Positions 8,340 to 16,446 of a stretch of 64,000 nt of DNA are shown piece by piece. A program made the translations under genes and the position numbers. Within the stretch, counting starts at the first letter, position 1, and each line of letters opens with the position of its first letter. This DNA comes from Sphingopyxis sp. (GTDB lineage: Bacteria; Pseudomonadota; Alphaproteobacteria; Sphingomonadales; Sphingomonadaceae): assembly GCA_013821905.1 (NCBI GenBank), contig PNJO01000001.1, positions 5,989 to 69,988 of the forward strand. Direction: 5' to 3'. The notes beneath the pieces were generated by a model, which searched no databases, was not told where the DNA came from, and saw only the letters and a program-made list of their open reading frames with translations.

Positions 8340-9167
8340 ATGGCGGAGGGTATCTGCAAACTGACTGGCGAAACCGGCCCGCTCGTGAAGGCGCACATCC
8401 TGCCTAAGGCGCTCACGTCGCCAGCGGTCAAGGGACAGTCCTTCGCGCAGGCTGGTTCAAACTATGCACCGCGCAGGCGCCGCGATAGCTGGTATGATCC
8501 CGATCTCGTAACGCGCGCGGGCGAAGATATACTGGCGCGCTATGACAGCTGGGCGATCGAGGAATTGCGTCGGCACCGGCTGGTGTGGAGCGGCTGGGGC
8601 GGGGACCGGACACTCGCCGAGAACGAAATGCTCCTCGTACCGGGCATGGACGGCATCGGCTTTCGCAAGATCGATACGATCGACCAGCACCGCCTTCGCC
8701 TGTTTCTCCTCAGCATCTTATGGCGCGCCGCGGTCAGCAAGATGCACGAGTTCAGTGAAATTCGCATGCTCCCCAACGAGCGCCGCCGGCTGACGCATAT
8801 GGTGCGCAACGGCCGCGTCGAACCCTTGTCCTTCTTTCCCGTCATGCTGTTCCAGCTCTCGAGCCGCGGCGAAATTCATAATCTCAGCCCGATCGCGCAG
8901 CACAAGCGACGTGATGTGATGGATCCGGACAAAGGCACGATTCCGATCTTCCGCTTCTATTTCGACGGATTGATCGTCCATTTTCACCGCAAGGATCGCG
9001 CGAAAGACGTGGAAGCGATGGGCCCGATGATGGTGGGCCGCGGCAAGGAGCTTGTCGTTGGCCTCAGACCTTATGACGGATCGTGGCAGGAGGAAAATCT
9101 GGAAGTGTTAAAGGCCGAAGCCGAGGAGCGATGGCCCGGCAAGCTGGCGCGAATCTACAGCTCTTGA
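8340..9167 (+). CDS. hypothetical protein (N-terminal Cys...His-Ile-Leu-Pro motif, weakly HNH-like)
   Basis: 275-aa ORF with normal composition. It starts MAEGICKLTGETGPLVKAHILPKAL. It is convergent with the 1474-aa gene, leaving a 36-nt gap. No confident family assignment. Confidence 0.6.
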   Translation: MAEGICKLTGETGPLVKAHILPKALTSPAVKGQSFAQAGSNYAPRRRRDSWYDPDLVTRAGEDILARYDSWAIEELRRHRLVWSGWGGDRTLAENEMLLVPGMDGIGFRKIDTIDQHRLRLFLLSILWRAAVSKMHEFSEIRMLPNERRRLTHMVRNGRVEPLSFFPVMLFQLSSRGEIHNLSPIAQHKRRDVMDPDKGTIPIFRFYFDGLIVHFHRKDRAKDVEAMGPMMVGRGKELVVGLRPYDGSWQEENLEVLKAEAEERWPGKLARIYSS

Positions 9168-9203
9168 GGGCGTTGACGCGAGGAACGTAGCAATAGGCTG
9201 CCT

Positions 9204-12200
9204 TTAATCGTCCGGCCGCCGTGCCCGGACCCGGACACGCTTGAGGTTCGATTTCGTGAGGTCGTTGAGGCGCCGTGCCAGTTGCTGCTCGGCAAAATAG
9301 GTGAGTTGTGGGTCGATATTGATCTGATCGATAATGCGCAGCGGGTCATCGCGCATATAGGTCGGCTCGGGTTCGCAGACATCGAGTGCAAACTCCATCG
9401 TTACGAGCGAGGGGCGCTGCCGAAACTGCTCGGCTGCGGCCGCCGCATCGAGCCATACCCGCCGCACTTCATAAAGCTTGTCGCGCAAGTGCCGGTCGCG
9501 TTCGGTTTCGAGAAGGCCGGTCAGCAGGTGCGGCCCATCGGGCATCCAGCCGATCGCTTCAACAAGAGCTTCCTTCCGCTCGGCATCCGCTGCCGCGAAC
9601 TGCGCCATCAGATAGGGCTTGATCGTCGTGTGACCGATCCGGAGCTCGACACAGGCGGCGCGATAGGCATATCGATCGCCGCTACCCGGGCGGTCCTCGT
9701 CGAGGGCATCGACCATGGCCTCGAGCGCGCGCGAATCGACCGCCCGCACTGCGCGCGCCATGCTGCGCCGGCGATCGGGGTAGCCGATCCAGGCTTGGCG
9801 AAACGCCTGCGTCGCGCGATCCTTGTCGATCCGCGCCAGCGTCGCGATCGCATCGGGCTGAACGTTGGTGATAAAGTCGGGCTCGGAAAAAGCGCGTTCG
9901 AGCAAGATGTTGAGCGCCTTCACCTCGTCCTTGTCGACGAGCTGCTCGACGAAATCATCGGCCGACCAGAATCCACGCCCGCCGACGCGTTCCCCGATGG
10001 CCCAAAGCGCCTCGCTCGCGCCACCCTGGCCAAGCCGAATGACAAGCGCCTCGGAATCATAACTCTTCCAGCTCTTCGCATTCCCGAGCCGAGCGAGATA
10101 GGTATCGAAGATCGCCCGTGCCTCGGGCGACTTGTCCTTAAGGAGCGTATTGAGCGCACCGAGGCGGCCCGCTTCGTCGTCGTCGGTCGCGAGCCGCGCA
10201 AGCGCCCTCGCGGTGAGGTCGGGATCGCTCGGGCCGGCGACCGCGGCGGCGTTGAGAAGCATCGCCTCGATTTTGCTCCCCGGAGCACGGCCTCTCAGGC
10301 TTTCGAGCAGAAAGGCCTGATCGCCGGCCTCTTCATATTCGGGGAGCAGGCGGAGCGCGAAGGCGACATCCTCCTCGGTGTCGCGCTTTGTCAACGCCAT
10401 CAGCCGGGGTCGCCACCGCTCCGGCTCCACGGCCAGCAGGACGCGCCACAGGCTGAGCCGCACTTCGGTGGCATCGCCTTCACTCGTCCCGACCGAAGTC
10501 AGTTCTTCGAGCCGCGCCACAACCGGCGGGGTTGGCGCGAAAATGCTCATGGCGATGCCAGCGCGCGACTTGCCAAGATCGTCGTGTGACAGCGTGTGGA
10601 GCACCAAGCTCTCGTAATCGCTGCCGCCGATCCGCCGCAGGATGCGCCGGACTGCTACCTGCCGTTCGTCACTGTTTCTGTTGACGTGATCCATGGCGCG
10701 AGCGCAAATCCGTGCCGCGAAATCGGAACCCCGATAGGCTTCGAATAACGGGTCATGGCGCGGGTCGAGCGTCAGGCTCCCGAGCAGCGCGACGAGCGAG
10801 GCAAAGGGATCGCGCCGACCCTCGCCAAAGGGCGCACCCATGATATCGGCGAGTTTCGCCAACAGGTGCGAAACGAGCGCGTCATCGACGCGGTCCTCGG
10901 CGCGGGAAAACAGCGCGGCAAGCTCCCCGCCGGTCGAATCGCCGGCCTCGCGCCACTGCTGGAGCGCGGTTCGCGTGCGATCTCCATCATAGTCGAACAG
11001 GCGGTCCATCCAGTCGCGACCTGGAGGGATAGGCGCGAGCGGTGGAAGTGCTTCGATATAGTCGAGCACCGCCCCTGGATCGATCTTGGCCCAGGTCGCG
11101 ACCGCCTTGCTGGCCCAAGCACGGTCCGAAAGCGCGTGCAGTGCCAGCACGCCGGCATCCCGTTCGTCGCCGAAGCGGTCGATACACTCGATCAGGACCG
11201 ACTGCCGTTCGGGGGCGATCACTCCGAAAAGCCGGTCGCGGGTTCGCGACCAGATGGCGTTGCCGCGCTCCACGTCGAGCGACTTCAGGAAATAGGCCGC
11301 AATGCGATATTCGTCGGCACTTCTCTCGCTCTCGACGAGATCGGTCAACCAGTCGGGGGCGTCGCAGACGATGGTGCGCAGCGCCGCATCCATGGCATCG
11401 AAGCGCTCCGAAACGTAGCGATCGCTCTCGCGCTCGGCCGACATCGTGCAATAGTCGGTCCAGAGTCTGTCGCGATGCGCATGGAAGGGCCAGCCATTTG
11501 CAAGGGTCAGCGCGACGTCGATGCTATGCTCGCTCGCATGCGCCCACAGCTCGTCGAGAAGGACATCGCGCTTGGCACGATCGTCGCCCATGACTTGGCG
11601 GAGAGCCGCGACGATGTGAATCGCCATATGGCCGTCGTCGGCGCCGAGGCGCTTGATGCGGGCCACCAGCACCGGAATGATACGAGGGCCGATCGTCGGC
11701 AAGAGCGACCGGTAGAGTTCCCAAGGCCCCGTCGATTCCTCGTCTTCAAACCCGGCGAGGAACGCCGCAATCTCGTCGGCGCGTGCAGCGTCGGCGCTGA
11801 TCTGCCACACCACGTCCATGAGGAGGAAGCCAAGGCCTGCGAGCGTATCCGAAGCCTTTTCGCGCGCGGCGTTCAGCGTCTTGACGATGTCGATCAGGTC
11901 GGCGGCACTGCGTAAACGCTGCCCGAAATCAAAGGCCAGGGCTTCGGAAATGGCCCAAGTGAGCAGCCGATCATGCGCAAAACTCCAGCGCGTCCCGAGG
12001 TTCGACAACCAACCCGCGGCAAGCAGTTCCTCCAGTTCACCGGTCGTGAAACCGAGCGCCGCCATCTCGTCGTCGGTGGTATAGGCGCGCCGCGTCTCGA
12101 CAAGGAGGCGCGCGAGCGCCTTCAGTCGAACCGTTGCATAGGCTCCGGCGCGATCCCGTGCGCGCGTCCAGAAGGCTTCGAGCACTCGGTACTCGTTCTG

Positions 12201-13628
12201 CGGGTCCCAGCCGGGCATCTCGAGCGCGAGCCGCGAATAAATGCCGCAGAGAACGGGGCGGTGAAGCATTGCGCGGATATTGCGCGGCACGAGACCCGCA
12301 TCGACGCCGCGCCGCTCGAGCGCCTTGAACAACTGGATCGGCGTGAAGTCGCCGACCCTGTGGCTCGGAAAGGCCGCGCTGTTGCCGTCCCCCGCCACGC
12401 CAACCGGATATTCCGCGACGAGCGCTAGCCCCGCGCCAAGCCCGCCTTCGAGGTCGATGGCGTCCAGATCGGCAGCATTGCGGCAGCCTTCCCAAAGGAT
12501 CGCGATCCGATCCGCGGTCCCGCATTGCCTTTGCCCTGTCGCGCCGAGCAACGGCACTTGCACGGGTTCCGCCAGTTGCAGACCGTCCACGGCAATGATG
12601 CGCTGCAGCTGGCGTTCGAGGTCGGCGCGAGATGATGCGCGCACCAGCACAGCAGGATGGCGCGCGTGCAGCAGCGCCGATGCGGTCCGGTAGAGGCTCC
12701 AAGATTTTCCCTGGCCCGAGGCGCCAACGACAATCGTGATCGCCGCCTCGGGAACAGCAAGAGGCTCGCGAACATCGAGCGCGGGATCATAGTCGCGCTT
12801 GCCAAGCGATGCCGCAAGCCTGTCGAGCATTCGGTTGAGCACCGTGTCGGCCGCCGCGTCGTCGCTACGCGCGAGACCGAGCCGGGCGCGGAGGTCGTCG
12901 ACAGATATGACGGCATCATTCGTCTTCGCGCGCCCGATTAGATAGCCAACCAGTTGGTCGAGCCTGTCCGTAGCCTTTTCGGAATATGCGAGCGATCGTT
13001 GAAGCCATGCCACAACGCCGGCCTGCGCGCGGGCGAGCGAGAGCGGCTCGGCAGCCACGAAGCGGGCGAAAAAGGAGGCAAGGTCGCGTTCGAACGTTTC
13101 GCTCGATGCGCCGGTGGCGCCATGGATGGGGCGGCAACGCGCGGCGATCGCGCGCATGTCGGGATCGTCGAGCCATGCTTGGCGCGGCCCGTTCCGTCCC
13201 GCCTCGACAAGGCGGCGCGCGAGCGCGGATGCGGGCCTGCTCACCCCGTTCGTTGTCTGAAGGATATAAGAGGAGCACGCGCGATCGCTATGCGCGCGGT
13301 AAAGATCAGGCAGGACCTTGTGGATGAGATCGCCGCGTCCCACCGCAGTGCTGCGATGCTTGAACTGATAGGCGATGCGTCCTTGGCCGGTCTGGATCGT
13401 GAGGTCCGCCCCCGCACGCGGTTCGATCACAGCAACGATCGTATCGGGGTCGACCTTGCTCCCCGATCGCGCGAAGTGCGCGCCGAGAAGCGCATCGAGC
13501 GAGCCTGCCAACTGGTAGAGAAAGCCATAGATTGCAGCCGACCCGGCTTGCGACAAGTGGGGTTCCGACTGCGAGCCCGCACCCGCCGCCGGAGCTTCGC
13601 TATTGCGTGATGCCAGCCCGCTGCTCAT
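9204..13628 (-). CDS. giant protein: N-terminal DUF4297/Cap4-like nuclease-fold domain, P-loop NTPase, C-terminal HEAT/ARM-type repeats
   Basis: 1474 aa, with RBS GAAGGTG upstream of ATG 13628. The N-terminus reads IYGFLYQ...VIEPRAGADL...IAYQFKH...YILQTTNG, the GxxYQ / D / QxK pattern I recall for DUF4297. Walker A VVGASGQGKSWS lies at aa ~301-309. The C-terminal ~900 aa contain repeated helical units such as RLGALNTLLKDKSPEARAIF and RAVRAVDSRALEAMVDALDEDR. Confidence 0.85.
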   Translation of the reverse strand: MSSGLASRNSEAPAAGAGSQSEPHLSQAGSAAIYGFLYQLAGSLDALLGAHFARSGSKVDPDTIVAVIEPRAGADLTIQTGQGRIAYQFKHRSTAVGRGDLIHKVLPDLYRAHSDRACSSYILQTTNGVSRPASALARRLVEAGRNGPRQAWLDDPDMRAIAARCRPIHGATGASSETFERDLASFFARFVAAEPLSLARAQAGVVAWLQRSLAYSEKATDRLDQLVGYLIGRAKTNDAVISVDDLRARLGLARSDDAAADTVLNRMLDRLAASLGKRDYDPALDVREPLAVPEAAITIVVGASGQGKSWSLYRTASALLHARHPAVLVRASSRADLERQLQRIIAVDGLQLAEPVQVPLLGATGQRQCGTADRIAILWEGCRNAADLDAIDLEGGLGAGLALVAEYPVGVAGDGNSAAFPSHRVGDFTPIQLFKALERRGVDAGLVPRNIRAMLHRPVLCGIYSRLALEMPGWDPQNEYRVLEAFWTRARDRAGAYATVRLKALARLLVETRRAYTTDDEMAALGFTTGELEELLAAGWLSNLGTRWSFAHDRLLTWAISEALAFDFGQRLRSAADLIDIVKTLNAAREKASDTLAGLGFLLMDVVWQISADAARADEIAAFLAGFEDEESTGPWELYRSLLPTIGPRIIPVLVARIKRLGADDGHMAIHIVAALRQVMGDDRAKRDVLLDELWAHASEHSIDVALTLANGWPFHAHRDRLWTDYCTMSAERESDRYVSERFDAMDAALRTIVCDAPDWLTDLVESERSADEYRIAAYFLKSLDVERGNAIWSRTRDRLFGVIAPERQSVLIECIDRFGDERDAGVLALHALSDRAWASKAVATWAKIDPGAVLDYIEALPPLAPIPPGRDWMDRLFDYDGDRTRTALQQWREAGDSTGGELAALFSRAEDRVDDALVSHLLAKLADIMGAPFGEGRRDPFASLVALLGSLTLDPRHDPLFEAYRGSDFAARICARAMDHVNRNSDERQVAVRRILRRIGGSDYESLVLHTLSHDDLGKSRAGIAMSIFAPTPPVVARLEELTSVGTSEGDATEVRLSLWRVLLAVEPERWRPRLMALTKRDTEEDVAFALRLLPEYEEAGDQAFLLESLRGRAPGSKIEAMLLNAAAVAGPSDPDLTARALARLATDDDEAGRLGALNTLLKDKSPEARAIFDTYLARLGNAKSWKSYDSEALVIRLGQGGASEALWAIGERVGGRGFWSADDFVEQLVDKDEVKALNILLERAFSEPDFITNVQPDAIATLARIDKDRATQAFRQAWIGYPDRRRSMARAVRAVDSRALEAMVDALDEDRPGSGDRYAYRAACVELRIGHTTIKPYLMAQFAAADAERKEALVEAIGWMPDGPHLLTGLLETERDRHLRDKLYEVRRVWLDAAAAAEQFRQRPSLVTMEFALDVCEPEPTYMRDDPLRIIDQINIDPQLTYFAEQQLARRLNDLTKSNLKRVRVRARRPDD

Positions 13629-13663
13629 TCGGGCACCTTCGGGAATTTGGTGCGCTTTGACAA

Positions 13664-14266
13664 TCAGCCATCCTCGCCCGGTTCGGCGCCTGGCGGCGGC
13701 TTAAGAGCGACGAGCGCGTCGATTGCGTCACGGTCCGCCGCACAAAAGAGGATCGGAACCATTGCCACTTGCAGATGCCGCGCGAGGCCGAGCCGATGAT
13801 TGCCGCCCCGCACGCTGAGCCCCTTCGCCTGCGGCATGAGTACCGGCGGCGTTACCGATCCGCCGCTTTCGAGATGCGCGACGAGCGTTGCGGTCTTGTT
13901 GCGATAGCGCTTCGAGAAAGGCGTTCCGATCCGGCGCGAGTACTCGACAAGGACCTCGTGCAACAGGTCACTCTCTACCCAGCCTATCTCGATATCGGGA
14001 AAGGTGCGGGCGAAGGATTCAGCATCATGGTCATCCATCGACCGATAGAAATGCGCGGGCTCCAAGTCCCAATGCAGCGCGACACGCGGCCATTGCTCAT
14101 CGGGCAGATGGAAGATGTCCATGCCGCGTCGAAGCCGATGCTGGTTGGCGATTGCTTCATCGAGCCCGATCTCGCCTTGGGCCACCCGCAACGCAGCTTG
14201 CATGGAAAGCCCGTGGCGTGCCGCGAGTTCAGCGGCTTTGGCCAAAATCGCCTTCACGTCACACAC
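13664..14266 (-). CDS. small protein with C-terminal ParB/Srx-like (GxHR) domain
   Basis: 200 aa. TPPVLMPQAKGLSVRGGNHRLGLARHLQVAMVPILF resembles the ParB N-terminal/sulfiredoxin-fold core (DGxHR). The GTG start overlaps the stop of the upstream gene (GTGTGTGA). The stop lies 35 nt before the giant gene's start. Confidence 0.7.
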   Translation of the reverse strand: MCDVKAILAKAAELAARHGLSMQAALRVAQGEIGLDEAIANQHRLRRGMDIFHLPDEQWPRVALHWDLEPAHFYRSMDDHDAESFARTFPDIEIGWVESDLLHEVLVEYSRRIGTPFSKRYRNKTATLVAHLESGGSVTPPVLMPQAKGLSVRGGNHRLGLARHLQVAMVPILFCAADRDAIDALVALKPPPGAEPGEDG

Positions 14267-15170
14267 CGCTGGCTTTCGGTGCGACGATGCAGATCACGCT
14301 CTGCAGGTCGGCCGTCGCCCCCGACAGATCGGCCTCGAGCTGGTCGGGATGTTTCAGCACCCCGTCGGGATCGTAAACCAGGGCAATCATATGGTTGACA
14401 TTGGGATTGGCACCATAATGCGCCCGATCGACGATCAGCTCTTCCAGGATTTTCTTGTCCTTGCCGGGGCGTGCAAATTTGAGCTCGATCATCAGCCGTT
14501 GCGGCTTGAGATAGAATTCGCAGCGCGTACTGCTCCCGCCGAGCGACGGGTTCGGCTCTTCGATCCGGATGTCCGGGAAGAAGCCCGCGAGGATCGCGTG
14601 GAACAGATATTGGCAGTCCCATTCGTCCTGGAGCGTCCAGATCGTCCCGCCATGGGGATGATAGCGAAGCGCCCGCGCCGAGGCATGGAAACGGCGCGCG
14701 AGCCGCTCGACGATCTGAAGGTCGCTTGTCTGCGCCGGGTTGAACTTCGGATCAGGGCGTAACGCGATGACATGGTCGACCGCCGCAAGCGTATGGTTCA
14801 CCTGCTTCAAGGTAGAGTGTATGATGTCGGGATAGCCGATCCCGGTGCTGCCCGCGTGAAAGTGCTCGCCCGCCGCCACCACATCGTGGCGCATCTTGTC
14901 GACGAAAGCGCGATAATCTTCGAGCGCGTCCGCGACCGCCGCCGGCGAGCCGTAATTCGAACCGGGAATCGCCCGGTCGGCGACGAAGTCCTGCGTATAT
15001 TCCTTCAGGCTGAGAATGACGCTTTTGACCGTGGAAAACCATGCTGCGCCTTGCGCCTGCGGGCCATCCTCCCGCATCTCCGCCATGAGATTGTCGAAGT
15101 CCTGACGGGCCGCCCGCCGCGCCTTGTAAAGATAGTCCAGCGCATCGACCGCCCATTGCATCTCGTCCAA
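14259..15170 (-). CDS. protein with helical N-terminal half and C-terminal PD-(D/E)xK nuclease-fold module
   Basis: 303 aa. TTG start is preceded by GGGAGA with a 7-nt spacer; an in-frame ATG sits 3 codons later. The C-terminal QDEWDCQYLFHAIL...STRCEFYLKPQRLMIELKF is an E / (D->E) / ExK pattern. First gene of a three-gene - strand operon. Confidence 0.7.
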   Translation of the reverse strand: MDEMQWAVDALDYLYKARRAARQDFDNLMAEMREDGPQAQGAAWFSTVKSVILSLKEYTQDFVADRAIPGSNYGSPAAVADALEDYRAFVDKMRHDVVAAGEHFHAGSTGIGYPDIIHSTLKQVNHTLAAVDHVIALRPDPKFNPAQTSDLQIVERLARRFHASARALRYHPHGGTIWTLQDEWDCQYLFHAILAGFFPDIRIEEPNPSLGGSSTRCEFYLKPQRLMIELKFARPGKDKKILEELIVDRAHYGANPNVNHMIALVYDPDGVLKHPDQLEADLSGATADLQSVICIVAPKASGV

Positions 15171-15247
15171 GCGTCATTCTCCCATTTGATCCGTTATGCG
15201 GCCTTCCCAGCTATTCTATCGGGCACGCCGCCGCTATATATTCTCGC

Positions 15248-16363
15248 ATGATCGACCGCGCGCTCGACGCTATAACCCTGTCCGATATCGAGGATCTTGT
15301 CCGCTTCAAACGCAGCGAAGGAAGGACACTCGATTTCAAGGCGACGTTCCCCGATGCAGGTCACAAAGGCGTGCGCGATTTCCTCGCCGATGTCACCGCC
15401 TTCGCAAACAGCGGCGGCGGCGACCTCGTGATCGGTGTAACCGAGGACGACAATGGCGACGCCGCCGAGGTGCTCGGGATATCGCGCGACAATCTCGACG
15501 AGAATTTGCGGCGCATCGAGGATCAACTTCGCAGCTGCGTCGATCCGCGCGTGCCCGACTTTCGCATTCATCGCGTCGATCTGCCGGACGGCAAGGTTGT
15601 TCTTGTCCTCCGCGTCGGCGCGAGCCTGATCGCGCCGCACCGCGTGACCTTCGATCGCAGCAGCCGTTTCTACCGCCGCACCAACAGGGCGAATTCCGAT
15701 ATGAGCACCGCCGAGATCCGCCAAGCTTTCGCCGCATCCGAAGACACCCCGCGGAAAATCCGCGACCTCCACAGGCAGGCGCTTGCCGCTGCGGAAGGCG
15801 CCGATATGCCTGTTCGCTTGCGCGGCGAGCCGGCCGCGATTCTCACGATCGCGCCGCTCTCCGTGCTCCGCGAGGCGCGAAGCCTTCCCGTCGGACGCGA
15901 CGATGTCGTTTTTCCGCCGCGCATGACCGGCGCGATCAATACCGTCGTCGGACTCGACAGTGTAATTGTTCATTCTCCCGTCGATGACGGGTCCGGCGCC
16001 GTCCGAACTTTCTCGATCAACCATCGCCGGGGTTATATCGACCATGCTTGGACGATCGGGCACGAGAAGGATGGAACGACTTACGTCTGGCAGGACAATT
16101 TCGTCGTCAAGATCGAGGAGGCCGCGCGCAGCACGCTCGCGCGGCTTCGAGCTCACGGGATTGAGGGTCCGTGGATCGTTATGGCGACGCTCATCCGTAT
16201 CAAGGGTGCGCGTCTGTTCCTCGGCGATCACCAACTCAGCGAGCCTGCGTGGCAAGATCCCGCCTTTCTCGGCGAAATCATCGACGACCGGCTCGACAAG
16301 GACGCCCTCAAGCCTTTCGTCGACGGATTTTGGCGCGTCTTCGGCGTCGATGCGGCCCAATGA
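15248..16363 (+). CDS. AlbA_2 / Schlafen-like (divergent AAA) domain protein
   Basis: 371 aa. EGRTLDFKATFP...VRDFLADVTAFANSGGGDLVIGVTEDDNGDA matches the ExxxLEFK...AFANxxGGxLxIGV signature of the AlbA_2 domain. Divergent from the operon at 15170, with a 77-bp intergenic region. Confidence 0.8.
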   Translation: MIDRALDAITLSDIEDLVRFKRSEGRTLDFKATFPDAGHKGVRDFLADVTAFANSGGGDLVIGVTEDDNGDAAEVLGISRDNLDENLRRIEDQLRSCVDPRVPDFRIHRVDLPDGKVVLVLRVGASLIAPHRVTFDRSSRFYRRTNRANSDMSTAEIRQAFAASEDTPRKIRDLHRQALAAAEGADMPVRLRGEPAAILTIAPLSVLREARSLPVGRDDVVFPPRMTGAINTVVGLDSVIVHSPVDDGSGAVRTFSINHRRGYIDHAWTIGHEKDGTTYVWQDNFVVKIEEAARSTLARLRAHGIEGPWIVMATLIRIKGARLFLGDHQLSEPAWQDPAFLGEIIDDRLDKDALKPFVDGFWRVFGVDAAQ

Positions 16364-16446
16364 AGGTTTTTGTCGCTCCCGCGTCGCAGATGGCGGCAGC
16401 GCATCCTTCGCTATGGTCGGCATCCGACCGCTGCTAGGCTCATCGC

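Noticed and set aside
9282-11915. 435-aa and 386-aa + strand ORFs opposite the 1474-aa gene
   Set aside because: These are shadow ORFs with no motifs and a heavy Arg/Gly/Asp bias. The - strand frame carries coherent Walker A and repeat motifs.
15194-16423. 409-aa - strand ORF opposite the AlbA_2 gene
   Set aside because: The + strand frame has a clear AlbA_2 signature, so the - ORF is a shadow.
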